64,000 nt of DNA from an uncultured Actinomycetes bacterium. GTDB taxonomy: Bacteria > Actinomycetota > Thermoleophilia > Gaiellales > Gaiellaceae. Positions 48,937 through 58,044 of the stretch are shown here, one piece after another (the first letter of the stretch is position 1; each line of letters opens with the position of its first letter). The notes below the pieces were generated by a model. That model did no database searches. It was given only the letters and a program-made list of their open reading frames with translations, and was not told the origin of the DNA. A program made the position numbers and the translations under genes. The stretch spans positions 372,138 through 436,137 of the forward strand of contig CAVPQJ010000002.1 of NCBI GenBank assembly GCA_963707525.1, given 5' to 3'.

Positions 48937-51900
48937 TTGATCTTCGTGTTTGCATCCCGTCTTCTCGCCGCCTCGGCAATCGCAATTGTTGCCGGCTTTT
49001 CTGCCGCCGTGGCCTCCGCTTCACCGTTTTACGCAGGCAGCCAGTCGAACCACAATGCGCACTCGGCATCGCTACCCAGCCGCACTCTGCTGCTGAACTC
49101 GTTGTCGAACGTGGCGCCGACGGTCCAGCTCGTCGGACAGCCGCCCGCGACCACGTCCTCGACGTCCGCCACGATCGCGTGGACGTCCCAGGGAGGCGTC
49201 ACGACGACCTGCTCGAAGGACAGCACGGCCGCGTTCGCCTGCACCTCGCCTGTCATCCTGACGGGTCTTTCGGTTGGTGCGCATACCCTCGCCATTCGCG
49301 TCGCGAACCCGGGCGGTTCCGGTCATGCGCTCGCCTCATGGACCACGACTGTCGCGCCTCCGGCGTCTTCACCGCCGTCCGTCACCATCGCGTCCGGCCC
49401 TGCGAACCCCACGACCTCGACGTCGGCGACATTCGCCTTCACGACGGCAAACGCGACGACCATCTCGTGTGCCCTCGATGGCGCAGCGGCAACGCCCTGC
49501 TCGGGATCGATCACGTATCCCGCGCTGACCACCGGTGCTCACACGGTCAAGATCACCGCCGCGTCCGGCGCCCTCTCGGCGTCCGCTGGTTTCGCCTGGT
49601 CGGTGACCGCTCCGGTCTCATCCAGCCTCGCCAATGCGTGGGTTGATGCGAACGGCGGAAGTTGCGCGCGCAGCGCGACGCCCGTTGCTTATGTCGACGC
49701 GGCGGCGTGCTCGACCCTGCCGGCAGCCTATGCCGCGGCACAGTCCGGCGATCACGTACTTGTAGCTTGCGGCGATTATTCCGGCCGCACGTCGGCGTTC
49801 ACGAACATTCCGTATACGCCGTCGAAGGACGGCTTTGCCTCCAATGTCGTATTCGGCTCCGCGACCGGAGTGCGATCGTGCGCGAAGCTCCCGAACGTCG
49901 GTTGGAAAATCCAGTCAGGCCATGTCGAGTTCCACCACTTCGCGATGGACCAGACATCGTGCGTCGACAGCGCGACGGTGTCGGTCCCGGCGTGCCCGTC
50001 GGTCACCGTTGCATCTTCTGCCGTAAACGCGACGACCGGGGCGCACGACGTCGTCCTTGACGACATCCAGTCGAGCGAGCTGAGCATCTCCGGCGGCGTC
50101 TACAACGTCACCGTCAAAAGCTCCGATTTCGGAGCGATGTGGGATCAGCACGGCCTCCTCGGCTGCAACGGCTCGACGAACCCGTGTACCGCTGTCCCGC
50201 ACGACATCCTGATTCAGGACGTGTCGTTCCACGACTTCTACAACACGACCGCGTGCAAGAACAACGTCCCGGCGGGTTGCTTCTCAGCACACCATGAAGG
50301 TTGCGCGCTGACCGTCAACGCCGGCTACAACCTCGTGTTCAACCGGACCCACTGGTTCAACTGCCAGGATCTGCCGTTCTACATCCACCCGTACCTCGGC
50401 GAAGTCCACGACGTCACGGTCGAGAACAGCGACATCGGCCGAGGCGCGCAGCCGTCGCAGATTCAGAACGACTGGATGCCCTCCACGCCGAACCTCGGCA
50501 TCTGGAATCTCAAGCTCATCAACAACACGTTCACAGGCCCCGTCTCGCTGTTTCCGAGCAAGCATCCGAACGTGTGTGCAGGTCAGGGCGGCAGCGGCGG
50601 GTGCGAATACCGCGGCAACGTCGGCGGTGTCGCGACCTGCTCGCAGTTCTCGGACGGGTGGATCGTCGAAGACAATGCATCGCTCGGCCAATATTGCGGC
50701 GGGGGAATGTTGCTCGCCGGCGCGACCGGCGCTGCAACCCCCTGCTCCGGAATGGCGATCTGCCAGAACAACTACAAGGCGCTCGCCTTCGGCTATGCAC
50801 CTGATGGCTATCACCTGCTTCCGAACTCGCCGCTTCTAGGCATTCTCCCGTCCGGTCTCTCATGGCTGCCCTCGACGGACATCGATGGGCTCGCTCGCTT
50901 CGCCAACTCATCGCCGGGAGACGACGACGGAATATCCCTCCTGCCGGGGCCGCCCCCGATCGCCCCGCCCCCGATCGTCCCGCCCCCGATCGTGCCGCCG
51001 ATCGTGCCGCCCCCGATCGTCCCCCCGATCGTCCCGCCGCCGACCGGCTCGGTTCAGACGGGCGCCTCGCTCGCGACGTGCTCGCCATCGCCATGCACCG
51101 CCGGCGTGAACCCGACGTTCGCGGGCGCGACCAATCTCGGGCCTATCAGCGATGGAGTAAATACGGACACGAGGTATTACGGGATCTACATCCCGGCCCA
51201 TCTCGTGATGAACGACCCTGCGCACAAGCCGGCCGCGCTGTTCTTCACAGCGGGCGGCGGCGCCGACGTCGCTCAGGGAGTGATGGCGGGTGCATCGAAC
51301 GCGACTCTTGCGCGTTCAGGGCTGATGCAGGTCGCGGATGCGAATCGGTTCGTGATCGTCATGCTCGTGCCGCCTCCGTCAGGTGGCAGCCACACCGGCT
51401 GGCATCACCCGCAGACGGACTGTGGTGGCGCGGCAGGAGTTGTCGGCGGCGGAAACTGCGGCGCAAGCGGCACGAGCCCGAGTGACGTCCCCTACGTGAT
51501 GGCGGCAGTCAACTCCGTCAAGAACGCATATCCGAACCTCGATACGAGCAGGTTCTACGACGTCGGCGGCTCCTCGGGCGCCAACATGGCCCGCGAGCTG
51601 ATCTGCGATTCGCGCAGCGCCAGCACGTTCCGCGGAGTCGCAACACTCGGTGGCGGCGCGAACGCGAAATACGGCACGACCGGCTCAGGCTCGTGTCCCG
51701 CCGCGGTGAAGGACAGGTTCTACCTCGAGATCGTTGGCAAGAACTCGCAGCAGGACCCCTACACGACGTTCAATGTCGGCACCGACCATGCGATTCTCGG
51801 TTACGACAACACGCGCGCCTGGTGGTCGAGCTACCTCGGCGGCTGCTCCACCCCCGTCCACAGGATGGCCGGATCGGGCGTGCTGAGCGACGTGAACGAC

Positions 51901-52083
51901 TACGCGTGCACGAACGTTCCGGAGTCGAGCCAGTTCGAGGCGGTCGCTGTTACGAACGGCGGCCACACCTGGTGTGCCCTCGACACCACCCCGCAGCCGG
52001 CTTGCGGCATCGCATCGAACAACACGGGTGGCTGGTCCACCGCGCCGTGGGTGTGGAACTGGTTCGCCACGCGACAGTGGTGA
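48937..52083 (+). CDS. Large secreted multidomain protein: two Ig/Fn3-like repeats, a Cys-rich beta-helix-like region, a (PPPIV)n linker and a C-terminal esterase (PHB-depolymerase/LpqC-like) domain
   Basis: Signal IFVFASRLLAASAIAIVAGFSAAVASA. Repeats TSTSATIAWTS..C / TSTSATFAFTT..C..GAHTVKI. Linker PPPIAPPPIVPPPIVPPIVPPPIVPPIVPPP. Esterase features: YYGIYIPAH, RFVIVMLVPP, nucleophile elbow YDVGGSSGANMA. The 3.1-kb frame is uninterrupted. Confidence 0.75.
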   Translation: MIFVFASRLLAASAIAIVAGFSAAVASASPFYAGSQSNHNAHSASLPSRTLLLNSLSNVAPTVQLVGQPPATTSSTSATIAWTSQGGVTTTCSKDSTAAFACTSPVILTGLSVGAHTLAIRVANPGGSGHALASWTTTVAPPASSPPSVTIASGPANPTTSTSATFAFTTANATTISCALDGAAATPCSGSITYPALTTGAHTVKITAASGALSASAGFAWSVTAPVSSSLANAWVDANGGSCARSATPVAYVDAAACSTLPAAYAAAQSGDHVLVACGDYSGRTSAFTNIPYTPSKDGFASNVVFGSATGVRSCAKLPNVGWKIQSGHVEFHHFAMDQTSCVDSATVSVPACPSVTVASSAVNATTGAHDVVLDDIQSSELSISGGVYNVTVKSSDFGAMWDQHGLLGCNGSTNPCTAVPHDILIQDVSFHDFYNTTACKNNVPAGCFSAHHEGCALTVNAGYNLVFNRTHWFNCQDLPFYIHPYLGEVHDVTVENSDIGRGAQPSQIQNDWMPSTPNLGIWNLKLINNTFTGPVSLFPSKHPNVCAGQGGSGGCEYRGNVGGVATCSQFSDGWIVEDNASLGQYCGGGMLLAGATGAATPCSGMAICQNNYKALAFGYAPDGYHLLPNSPLLGILPSGLSWLPSTDIDGLARFANSSPGDDDGISLLPGPPPIAPPPIVPPPIVPPIVPPPIVPPIVPPPTGSVQTGASLATCSPSPCTAGVNPTFAGATNLGPISDGVNTDTRYYGIYIPAHLVMNDPAHKPAALFFTAGGGADVAQGVMAGASNATLARSGLMQVADANRFVIVMLVPPPSGGSHTGWHHPQTDCGGAAGVVGGGNCGASGTSPSDVPYVMAAVNSVKNAYPNLDTSRFYDVGGSSGANMARELICDSRSASTFRGVATLGGGANAKYGTTGSGSCPAAVKDRFYLEIVGKNSQQDPYTTFNVGTDHAILGYDNTRAWWSSYLGGCSTPVHRMAGSGVLSDVNDYACTNVPESSQFEAVAVTNGGHTWCALDTTPQPACGIASNNTGGWSTAPWVWNWFATRQW
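50947..51042 (+). repeat. Imperfect 12/15-nt tandem coding repeat (ccgcccccgatcgt(c/g)) encoding the PPPIV linker
   Basis: Direct reading of 50947-51042. There are 6-7 units of varying length. Confidence 0.85.
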
Positions 52084-52267
52084 GATAACGGCCGGTCTGA
52101 TGGCTCGCCGGGCGGTTGGCATTTGTTCGCCAGCTGCCCGGCGTTTCGCCCTGCGGTCGCGCCTCCGACGTCCAAGCCCTCGGATGGGCGCGCGGCTGGG
52201 ATCGAACGCTGATGAGCTCTGCAGGCGCAATGTGCGTTCGGCGCCGTGACGGCTGCGGCGAACGACT

Positions 52268-55200
52268 TCAGCGCGGGCGAGGGCGCCACGCCGGGTTCCA
52301 GAACCCGACCGTGGACGACTCGACGACTACCCGCCGATGCGAGCCGTCGTTCCTGACAATCGACAGTCGCCTGGTGCGTCCGCGGGGAGACTCGCCGTCC
52401 GAGTAGGCGATCGTCGATCCGTCCGCGGAGACCGAAAACTGGGGGAACGCCCAACGGCTGGCTGCGACGGCTAGGCGCGTTGAGCCATCGATCCGGGCGA
52501 CGTAGATCCGACGTTGCTCGCTGTAGACGATCCTCTTGCTGTCGGGTAACCACGTGACGTACCCGCAACCGCTCGAGCAGCCCGGCACCCGCCGCACGGA
52601 GGCGCCGTCGCTTCGCACGAGGAAGAGTTTCCAGAGAGCGTTGAATCCACGGCTGACGAGAAACGACCGGCCGTCCGGAGACCAGCCTCGAATGTCGCCC
52701 TCGTAGGCGCGTGTCAGGCCGCTGCCATCTGGACGTACGAGATAGATCCAGTTGCCGTTCGGCTGGTAGCCGTTCGCGCAGCATTCGAACGCGAGTCGGG
52801 TCCCGTCGGGAGACCACGTGGGTGCGGAGTAGGACGGCGCGGGTCCTCCGCCTGGGATCGAGACGTCGATGCGCCTTGACTGCGGGGAGCCCACCGTGTT
52901 GACGATGAACAGTGCTTTTCGACCGTCGCCGGAAATCCCGACATAGGCGATCCGTTTGCCGTCCGGTGACCAAGACCAGCCGCGATCGGCATATCGCGTT
53001 AGCCGCTTCAGGTCGCCGCTGCCGTCTGCGTTCACGACGTACAGCATGTTGTTGTCGTGGAACGCGATGCGCCGGCTGTCGGGCGACCACGCAACGTCGT
53101 CGTACCCCGACGTCACACCGGTGACGCGAATCGTGGTCGAACCCGTGGCGGAAACGACGAAGATGCCTCGATCGTCGCCTGCGAGGAACTGGGAGCCGTC
53201 GGGCGCCCAGACCGGTGCGAGCGGCACCGCCGAGGCGGACGCGAGGTGTGCCACCCGTACGACACCGTCTGGTCTGGCGAGAGCGATGCGGAACCCTGTC
53301 CGCTCGGTTCCTTCGGAGAACGCGATCGTGTTGCTCGTCGCCGAGGCCGCGGTCGCCCTGCCTGCGGAGCGTGTCTTGGAGAGACGAACGAAGGTGCGCG
53401 CGGGGCTGCTCGGATCCAGTCCGAACGCGACCTCGAGCGGTTCGCGGCGGCTCCGGAACGTGCCGGTACATCCGAGGAGTGCGGGCTCGGAGCCATAGGG
53501 AGCTGCATGTTCCAGGGCCGGGATACGCGGCGGCGATTCGTTGCTGCAGCGCGATCGGCTGCATCCCGAGGACGCGTCCGATGCGCGTGTCGGTCGCTCG
53601 GGGGTCCCTCACCTCGAGCCAGACAGCCCTCGCCGCGGGCCCGCTCGGCGCGAGATGAATCCTCACCGCCGCGTCCCCGTTCGAGGCGAGGCCGTAAAGG
53701 AGGTCCTGCCCGCGGTACGCGTTCGGCCGGCCGAGTGCGCTCGCGATCGAAGCGGCATTGTGACCCAGGACGACGTGCCCGTCGATCGTTCCGGTCGTGA
53801 GGTTCAGACGCTCGTACGGCGGCGCCGCGCCAGCGGGTGCTGCTGTTGCGACGGCAGTCGGACAGGGTGCGATCACCGCCCTGGATTTCTGACTGTCGAT
53901 CGGATAGACCCCGAGAGCCCGACCGTGGGGGTCGAAGGCGACGAGTTTCGCGGGCCACTGGGCGCTGGGCGCCTCCACCGTGTAGGCGTTGTCACGCAAG
54001 CCGGCCGGTATCACCCGGCCGCTCGCCAGGTAGAGGTCGACCTCGCCGACGCCGTCGGCCGCCAGCCCGGAGACGCGCGTGAACGCCTCGCGGTACATCC
54101 GGTTGACGGTGAGGACGTGGCCCTCGGGGAAGAGCCCGCTCGACTTGGCGTGCAGCACGCAGTTGTTGAACGTCGGCGCTGGACGCAAGGGGAACAGTTC
54201 GTCGGAGCAGAGCAGCAGCGTCCCGGGGCGGAGCCTTACGCGATGCGGGCGCGCGTCGGCGGAGCGTTTGACCCACGTGAATTCGAATGGCTGTGAGACG
54301 TGTCTCACCCGAATCACCGCCAACCCGATCCGGTACGCGTCGTCCGGATCGGGCTGGACGCTGCGCGCGAATACCACCTGGCGTGACGTTGGCCCGTATG
54401 CCTTCAACGACGGTACGAAGGAGCGGCCTCGTCGCTCGCGGCGGTCGAGCCAGCCGATTTCCGCGCGCGGCAAGGTCGCTTCTTGACGCGTGGGGCCAGG
54501 GAGACGCACTGCCTCGTACCGCAGGTAGCTCGGCACCTGGGATTGCACTAACGCACCGAGAGTTGTGAACGGCAGCACGATCGAGGCGCCGGTCCGCAGC
54601 CTGGCGGTCACCTGCACGACGGGGTCATAAATCGGATCGCTCGGCCCCGCGTGGAGCGCAAGGAAAACGTTGTTGATTGCCGGCACCGTCTGCGGGCCAC
54701 CGATCGCATGGGTGACGCGCACCGAGTGCACGGTGTCGTCGGCAAAGCCGAAGACGGCGGCGACCCGACCTCCTGCGTTCGGGTAATACGCCGTCGAGGC
54801 GACGACTGCAGGTACGGGCGAGCGTTGCAGCTCGCGGAGCGTCACGCACTCGTTGACGCCTCCTAGGGCAGGAGCATCGGTCGGCACGAGCCTCAGACAG
54901 AGCGACCCTCCGTCGCGAAAGCCGAGGAGCGTGAAGGTCTTACCTCCCACGCGTCGCGTGTCGAGCAGGCGAAGTCTCGTGTGAATCGGGAACGACGCGT
55001 ATGACGCGCCGTTCCGTTGTGCAAATGCATTCTGCTGCGCCAGTGGCGCGGGCTTGCCCGGCGCTCCGCCGAGCCACGAGCTGAGCCCTCCGAACAGATC
55101 CTGGCCGAGTGCCGCGGCAACAGCCGACGCGATAGCGAGCGCCATGACAGCAATCGTCAGAGCTAGTACGAGGCGCCTCAAGCGACGTCGCCGAGGCGCA

Positions 55201-55331
55201 GCACGTGCGACGCTCATGACGGTCGGTCTAACGCCCGCGCGCGCGAGGACGTCGTCCCAGGCAGGCGTGCGTTCGAGCCGCAGCGGCACGAGCGCGTCCA
55301 TCCCGACAGCGACGAGATCGCGCTCGGTCAT
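52268..55331 (-). pseudogene. Anti-sigma-factor-like membrane protein (about 1020 aa): short cytoplasmic N-terminus, one TM, large extracytoplasmic region and a C-terminal TolB-like beta-propeller. One frame break near 53515.
   Basis: The ATG overlaps the ECF sigma stop (ATGA 55328-55331). TM segment LVLALTIAVMALAIASAVAAAL. After AAYPG a +1 shift gives LEHAAPYGSEP...VAHLASASAV, joining ORF 52268..53254, which carries repeated WSPDG motifs (WAPDGSQ, WSPDSRR, WSPDGKR, WSPDGTR, WSPDGRS). Confidence 0.75.
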
Positions 55332-55843
55332 GCCGGCACGTCCTCGAGTTGTCGCCTGAGTGCTGCGTGCGCCTGGTTCAGCGTCGCTCCGACCGTCCCA
55401 GAGCTGATCTCGAGCGTGTCGGCGATCTGCTGGTAATCGAGATCGGCGTAGTAGCGAAGGAAGAGGACGAGCCGCTGACGTTCGGGCAGCACTGCGACGA
55501 GTGAGCCGAGCTCGCTGTGCGAGCCTTCGGTGCCGCGTGCCGGCAAACCGTCGCCGACCGCCTCGAGCGGAAGGTGCGGCGGCGGAGCATCGCGGCGTGC
55601 GGACTTGGCAGTGTTCACAACGGTCCGCCAGAGCCAGCCCTCGACGCTTCCCGTGCCGCGATATCCGGAGCGGCTTCGGAGCGCGCGAGCGAACGCGTCT
55701 TGAACCGCGTCGTGAGCGATCTCGGTGTCCCCGACGATTGCCTCCGCGACTCGCAGGTATCTGCGGTATCCGTCCTCATAGAGGCCCGCGAGGGTGGCGA
55801 GTGTCGTTCCGTCGGCTGAGCGTTCAGAGTCCACGTGGGGCAC
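55328..55843 (-). CDS. ECF-type RNA polymerase sigma-70 family factor
   Basis: Region 2: AHDAVQDAFARALRSRSGYRGTGSVEGWLWRTVVNTA. Region 4: LPERQRLVLFLRYYADLDYQQIADTLEISSGTVGATLNQA. Confidence 0.9.
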   Translation of the reverse strand: MPHVDSERSADGTTLATLAGLYEDGYRRYLRVAEAIVGDTEIAHDAVQDAFARALRSRSGYRGTGSVEGWLWRTVVNTAKSARRDAPPPHLPLEAVGDGLPARGTEGSHSELGSLVAVLPERQRLVLFLRYYADLDYQQIADTLEISSGTVGATLNQAHAALRRQLEDVPA

Positions 55844-55856
55844 GGCCTCGATTGTT

Positions 55857-56939
55857 CTACGGGACCCATGCGTAGAACGCGTACTCGGCGGCGGTACTGC
55901 TGATCTCTTTCAGCGCGGTGCCGTCGGCCTTCACCGTCCAGAGCGTGGCAGCTGAAGCGTCGCCGCGCTGGAAGACGAGATGGGTGCCATCTGGAGACCA
56001 GGCTGCGCAACACGAGCCGAGCCCGTCACGCGCTGCGGAGACGACCGTTCGGACGCCGGTGCCGTCGGGGCGCATGAGTAGGAGATCGTGACCTGGTAGA
56101 CGATCGAAGGCGATCCACGCGCCGTTCGGCGAGAACCTCGCGCTCGTCGTCCACTCCTCCCACGGCGTGATCCGATGTATGCGTGCACCCTGCGGAGTGA
56201 TCGTGAAGACGGCACTCCGTCCAGCATCGGACGAGCGCAGAGCGAAGGCGGCAAACGCGATCGTTCGGCTGTCCGCCGACCATGTGGCCGGAGTGCCGAA
56301 GGATCCCCAGCGCACGCCGGTGCCACTCGGATTGAGCTTTTGCAACGCCCTTCCGTCTGTCTGAACTGCGTACAGATCGGCCGGTGTCGAGTCGTCAGCC
56401 GTCGTCGAGCGGGCAAAGAGGATCCACCTCCCGTCGGGCGAGTACACGAGCGGTATGTCGTGGCTCGGACCCCTGCTGTTGGTCACGCGCCGAAGCCCGC
56501 TCCCGTCGACGGCACTGCCCGTGTACATGCCGTTCTGCGCGCCCCGCTCGGCCCATCCTTCGAAGGCGATCCGGCGGCCGTCGGTCGACCATGCGCCGGG
56601 GCCGAGATTCAGTGTCCGCCCGGGAAGCCGAAATGCCCGGTAGCCGCTTCCGTCCAGCTTCTCGACAGCCGTCGTGATCCGCTTTCCTTTGTACGCCGCG
56701 GTCAAGAGGCCTGTCCCGTCCGACGACACCTGAAGGCAACCTGCGCAACCCGGTGGCGGCAGTCGCAGAGAGACACGGCCGGTTCCGTCAGGGCGTACGA
56801 CCACGACCCGATCCGGTTTGCCGTGCACGTGCAGTCCGAAGACGATCGTGTCGCCGGAGTCTGCGCCGGCGAGAGCCGAGATCGTCCCGGCGGCCGCTGT
56901 CACGGCGAGCCCAGCCACCAGCCAGACGCGAATGTTCAC
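55857..56939 (-). CDS. Secreted TolB-like (WD40-like beta-propeller repeat) protein
   Basis: GTG at 56939 preceded by GGAGGA plus 6 nt. Signal VNIRVWLVAGLAVTAAAGTISALAGA. Repeats: WSTDGRRIAF, YSPDGRWILF, WSADSRTIAF, FSPNGAWIAF, WSPDGTHLVF. Confidence 0.85.
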   Translation of the reverse strand: MNIRVWLVAGLAVTAAAGTISALAGADSGDTIVFGLHVHGKPDRVVVVRPDGTGRVSLRLPPPGCAGCLQVSSDGTGLLTAAYKGKRITTAVEKLDGSGYRAFRLPGRTLNLGPGAWSTDGRRIAFEGWAERGAQNGMYTGSAVDGSGLRRVTNSRGPSHDIPLVYSPDGRWILFARSTTADDSTPADLYAVQTDGRALQKLNPSGTGVRWGSFGTPATWSADSRTIAFAAFALRSSDAGRSAVFTITPQGARIHRITPWEEWTTSARFSPNGAWIAFDRLPGHDLLLMRPDGTGVRTVVSAARDGLGSCCAAWSPDGTHLVFQRGDASAATLWTVKADGTALKEISSTAAEYAFYAWVP

Positions 56940-57167
56940 GAGATGTCCTCCGTTGTCGGTGTTCACTCCTTCCTATGACCCGAGCGCAGCCGAGTTTCTT
57001 TAATTAGGCGCTCGGGCCGGGGCGGCGCAGTTGCGGCGCGTCGTCGTGCGTCGCAGCGAGCCGGTGGTCGATCGGGATACGGTTCCGCCGGAGCCTGCAG
57101 CGGACGGCGAGATGCCGATGGTGCCAACCACTAGCCAGCAAGGACCCAACCTTGGATCACGGCACCT

Positions 57168-57195
57168 GCGACGGCGCCGGTAGAGGCGCCGTCGC
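57168..57195 (-). terminator. Perfect 11-12 bp GC-rich hairpin downstream of the small Thr/Ser-rich peptide gene
   Basis: gcgacggcgcc-ggtaga-ggcgccgtcgc, 15 nt after the stop at 57210. There is no U-tract, which is common for high-GC intrinsic terminators. Confidence 0.5.
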
Positions 57196-57209
57196 ACGCA
57201 TCTGTCGAG

Positions 57210-57404
57210 CTACATGCCTGGGCAGTTCGGGTTCGCGTTGCCTTGCGACGGTGTCGTCGACGAGCCCCCTGGTGTCGTGGTGCTCGGGGTCGTTGTGCTC
57301 GGGGTCGTCGAGGTCGAGGTCGCTGCGTTCGCGATCGCGGCGCCGCCGCCCGCGAGGATCCCTGCGCTTCCCAGGGTGAGAAGGGCTGCTCGCATCCGAT
57401 TCAT
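57210..57404 (-). CDS. Small secreted Thr/Ser/Pro-rich peptide (64-aa precursor)
   Basis: ATG at 57404 preceded by GAGGAGGTG plus 6 nt: MNRMRAALLTLGSAGILAGGGAAIANA|ATSTSTTPSTTTPSTTTPGGSSTTPSQGNANPNCPGM. The track ORF 57210..57440 starts further upstream at a non-SD start. Confidence 0.65.
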   Translation of the reverse strand: MNRMRAALLTLGSAGILAGGGAAIANAATSTSTTPSTTTPSTTTPGGSSTTPSQGNANPNCPGM

Positions 57405-57410
57405 GGCGTT

Positions 57411-57419
57411 CACCTCCTC
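57411..57419 (-). promoter_or_regulatory. Shine-Dalgarno element GAGGAGGTG for the small secreted peptide gene
   Basis: The reverse complement of cacctcctc is GAGGAGGTG, 6 nt upstream of the ATG at 57404. Confidence 0.6.
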
Positions 57420-57616
57420 TCTGCTTCGGTTCTGATGCAAGGAAACCCGACGAGCATGAGAACCTCGTGTGGCGAACCTAAGAACTCTGGTACGGCTACG
57501 ACCGCGACCGTGGTCGGCGCGCGTTTGAGCGAGGGATCCCCTTTACGTCAATACCCGGCCGAGCGGATCTACACATCGTTGGTCAGCTCACGGACGCGGC
57601 CGTCTACTCTGTTGGT

Positions 57617-58036
57617 GTGGCCGATCCGAGTGGTAGCGGCATCGAGTTGCCTGGTCAGGAGCGCGACTTCGATCTGTCGGCGGCCTCCCTGCGTGCATCG
57701 AGCGGCGATCTGCGGACGTTCGTCGATGTGCTCGCGGACAGGCTCGACCAGGCGCTACCCGGACGCGTCAATGTCGAACGTCGTGGAGCGCGGCTGCTGT
57801 CGAAGCAGAAGCATGTGACCGCAATCGAGGTCGACCTCGGCGAGACGCGCTACATGCTCGCGGCGCAGGACGGCGCGGTCGAGACGCGGTGCGCGACGGC
57901 GGTGCGCGGGATCGTGTTGAAAAGTGCGGCTGTCTCGCTGGATGCCTGGATCGATGCGCTTCTGCGCGAACTTGCGAACGAAGCCCAGACGAGCGAGCAG
58001 GCAAGGCTCGCGCTCGGGCAGCTTCTCGAGGGTTAG
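57617..58036 (+). CDS. Hypothetical protein (first gene of the YbjQ-domain operon)
   Basis: 139-aa ORF with GTG start. It ends 8 nt before the next ATG. No family recognised. Confidence 0.5.
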   Translation: MADPSGSGIELPGQERDFDLSAASLRASSGDLRTFVDVLADRLDQALPGRVNVERRGARLLSKQKHVTAIEVDLGETRYMLAAQDGAVETRCATAVRGIVLKSAAVSLDAWIDALLRELANEAQTSEQARLALGQLLEG

Positions 58037-58044
58037 AGAGGCGG

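Noticed and set aside
50947-51042. Possible CRISPR-like or other spacer-repeat array. The repeats at 47484-47540 and 57250-57330 were also considered.
   Set aside because: These are short in-frame coding tandem repeats (PPPIV, TPPV, TTPST) without unique spacers. No cas genes are present and no CRISPR array was seen anywhere in the window.
51900-52267. 3' extension of the 1143-aa ORF 51900..55331, overlapping the end of the large plus-strand gene
   Set aside because: Downstream of about 53515 that frame is Arg-rich nonsense. The real protein continues in the frame of ORF 52268..53254 (WSPDG propeller repeats) and stops at 52268.
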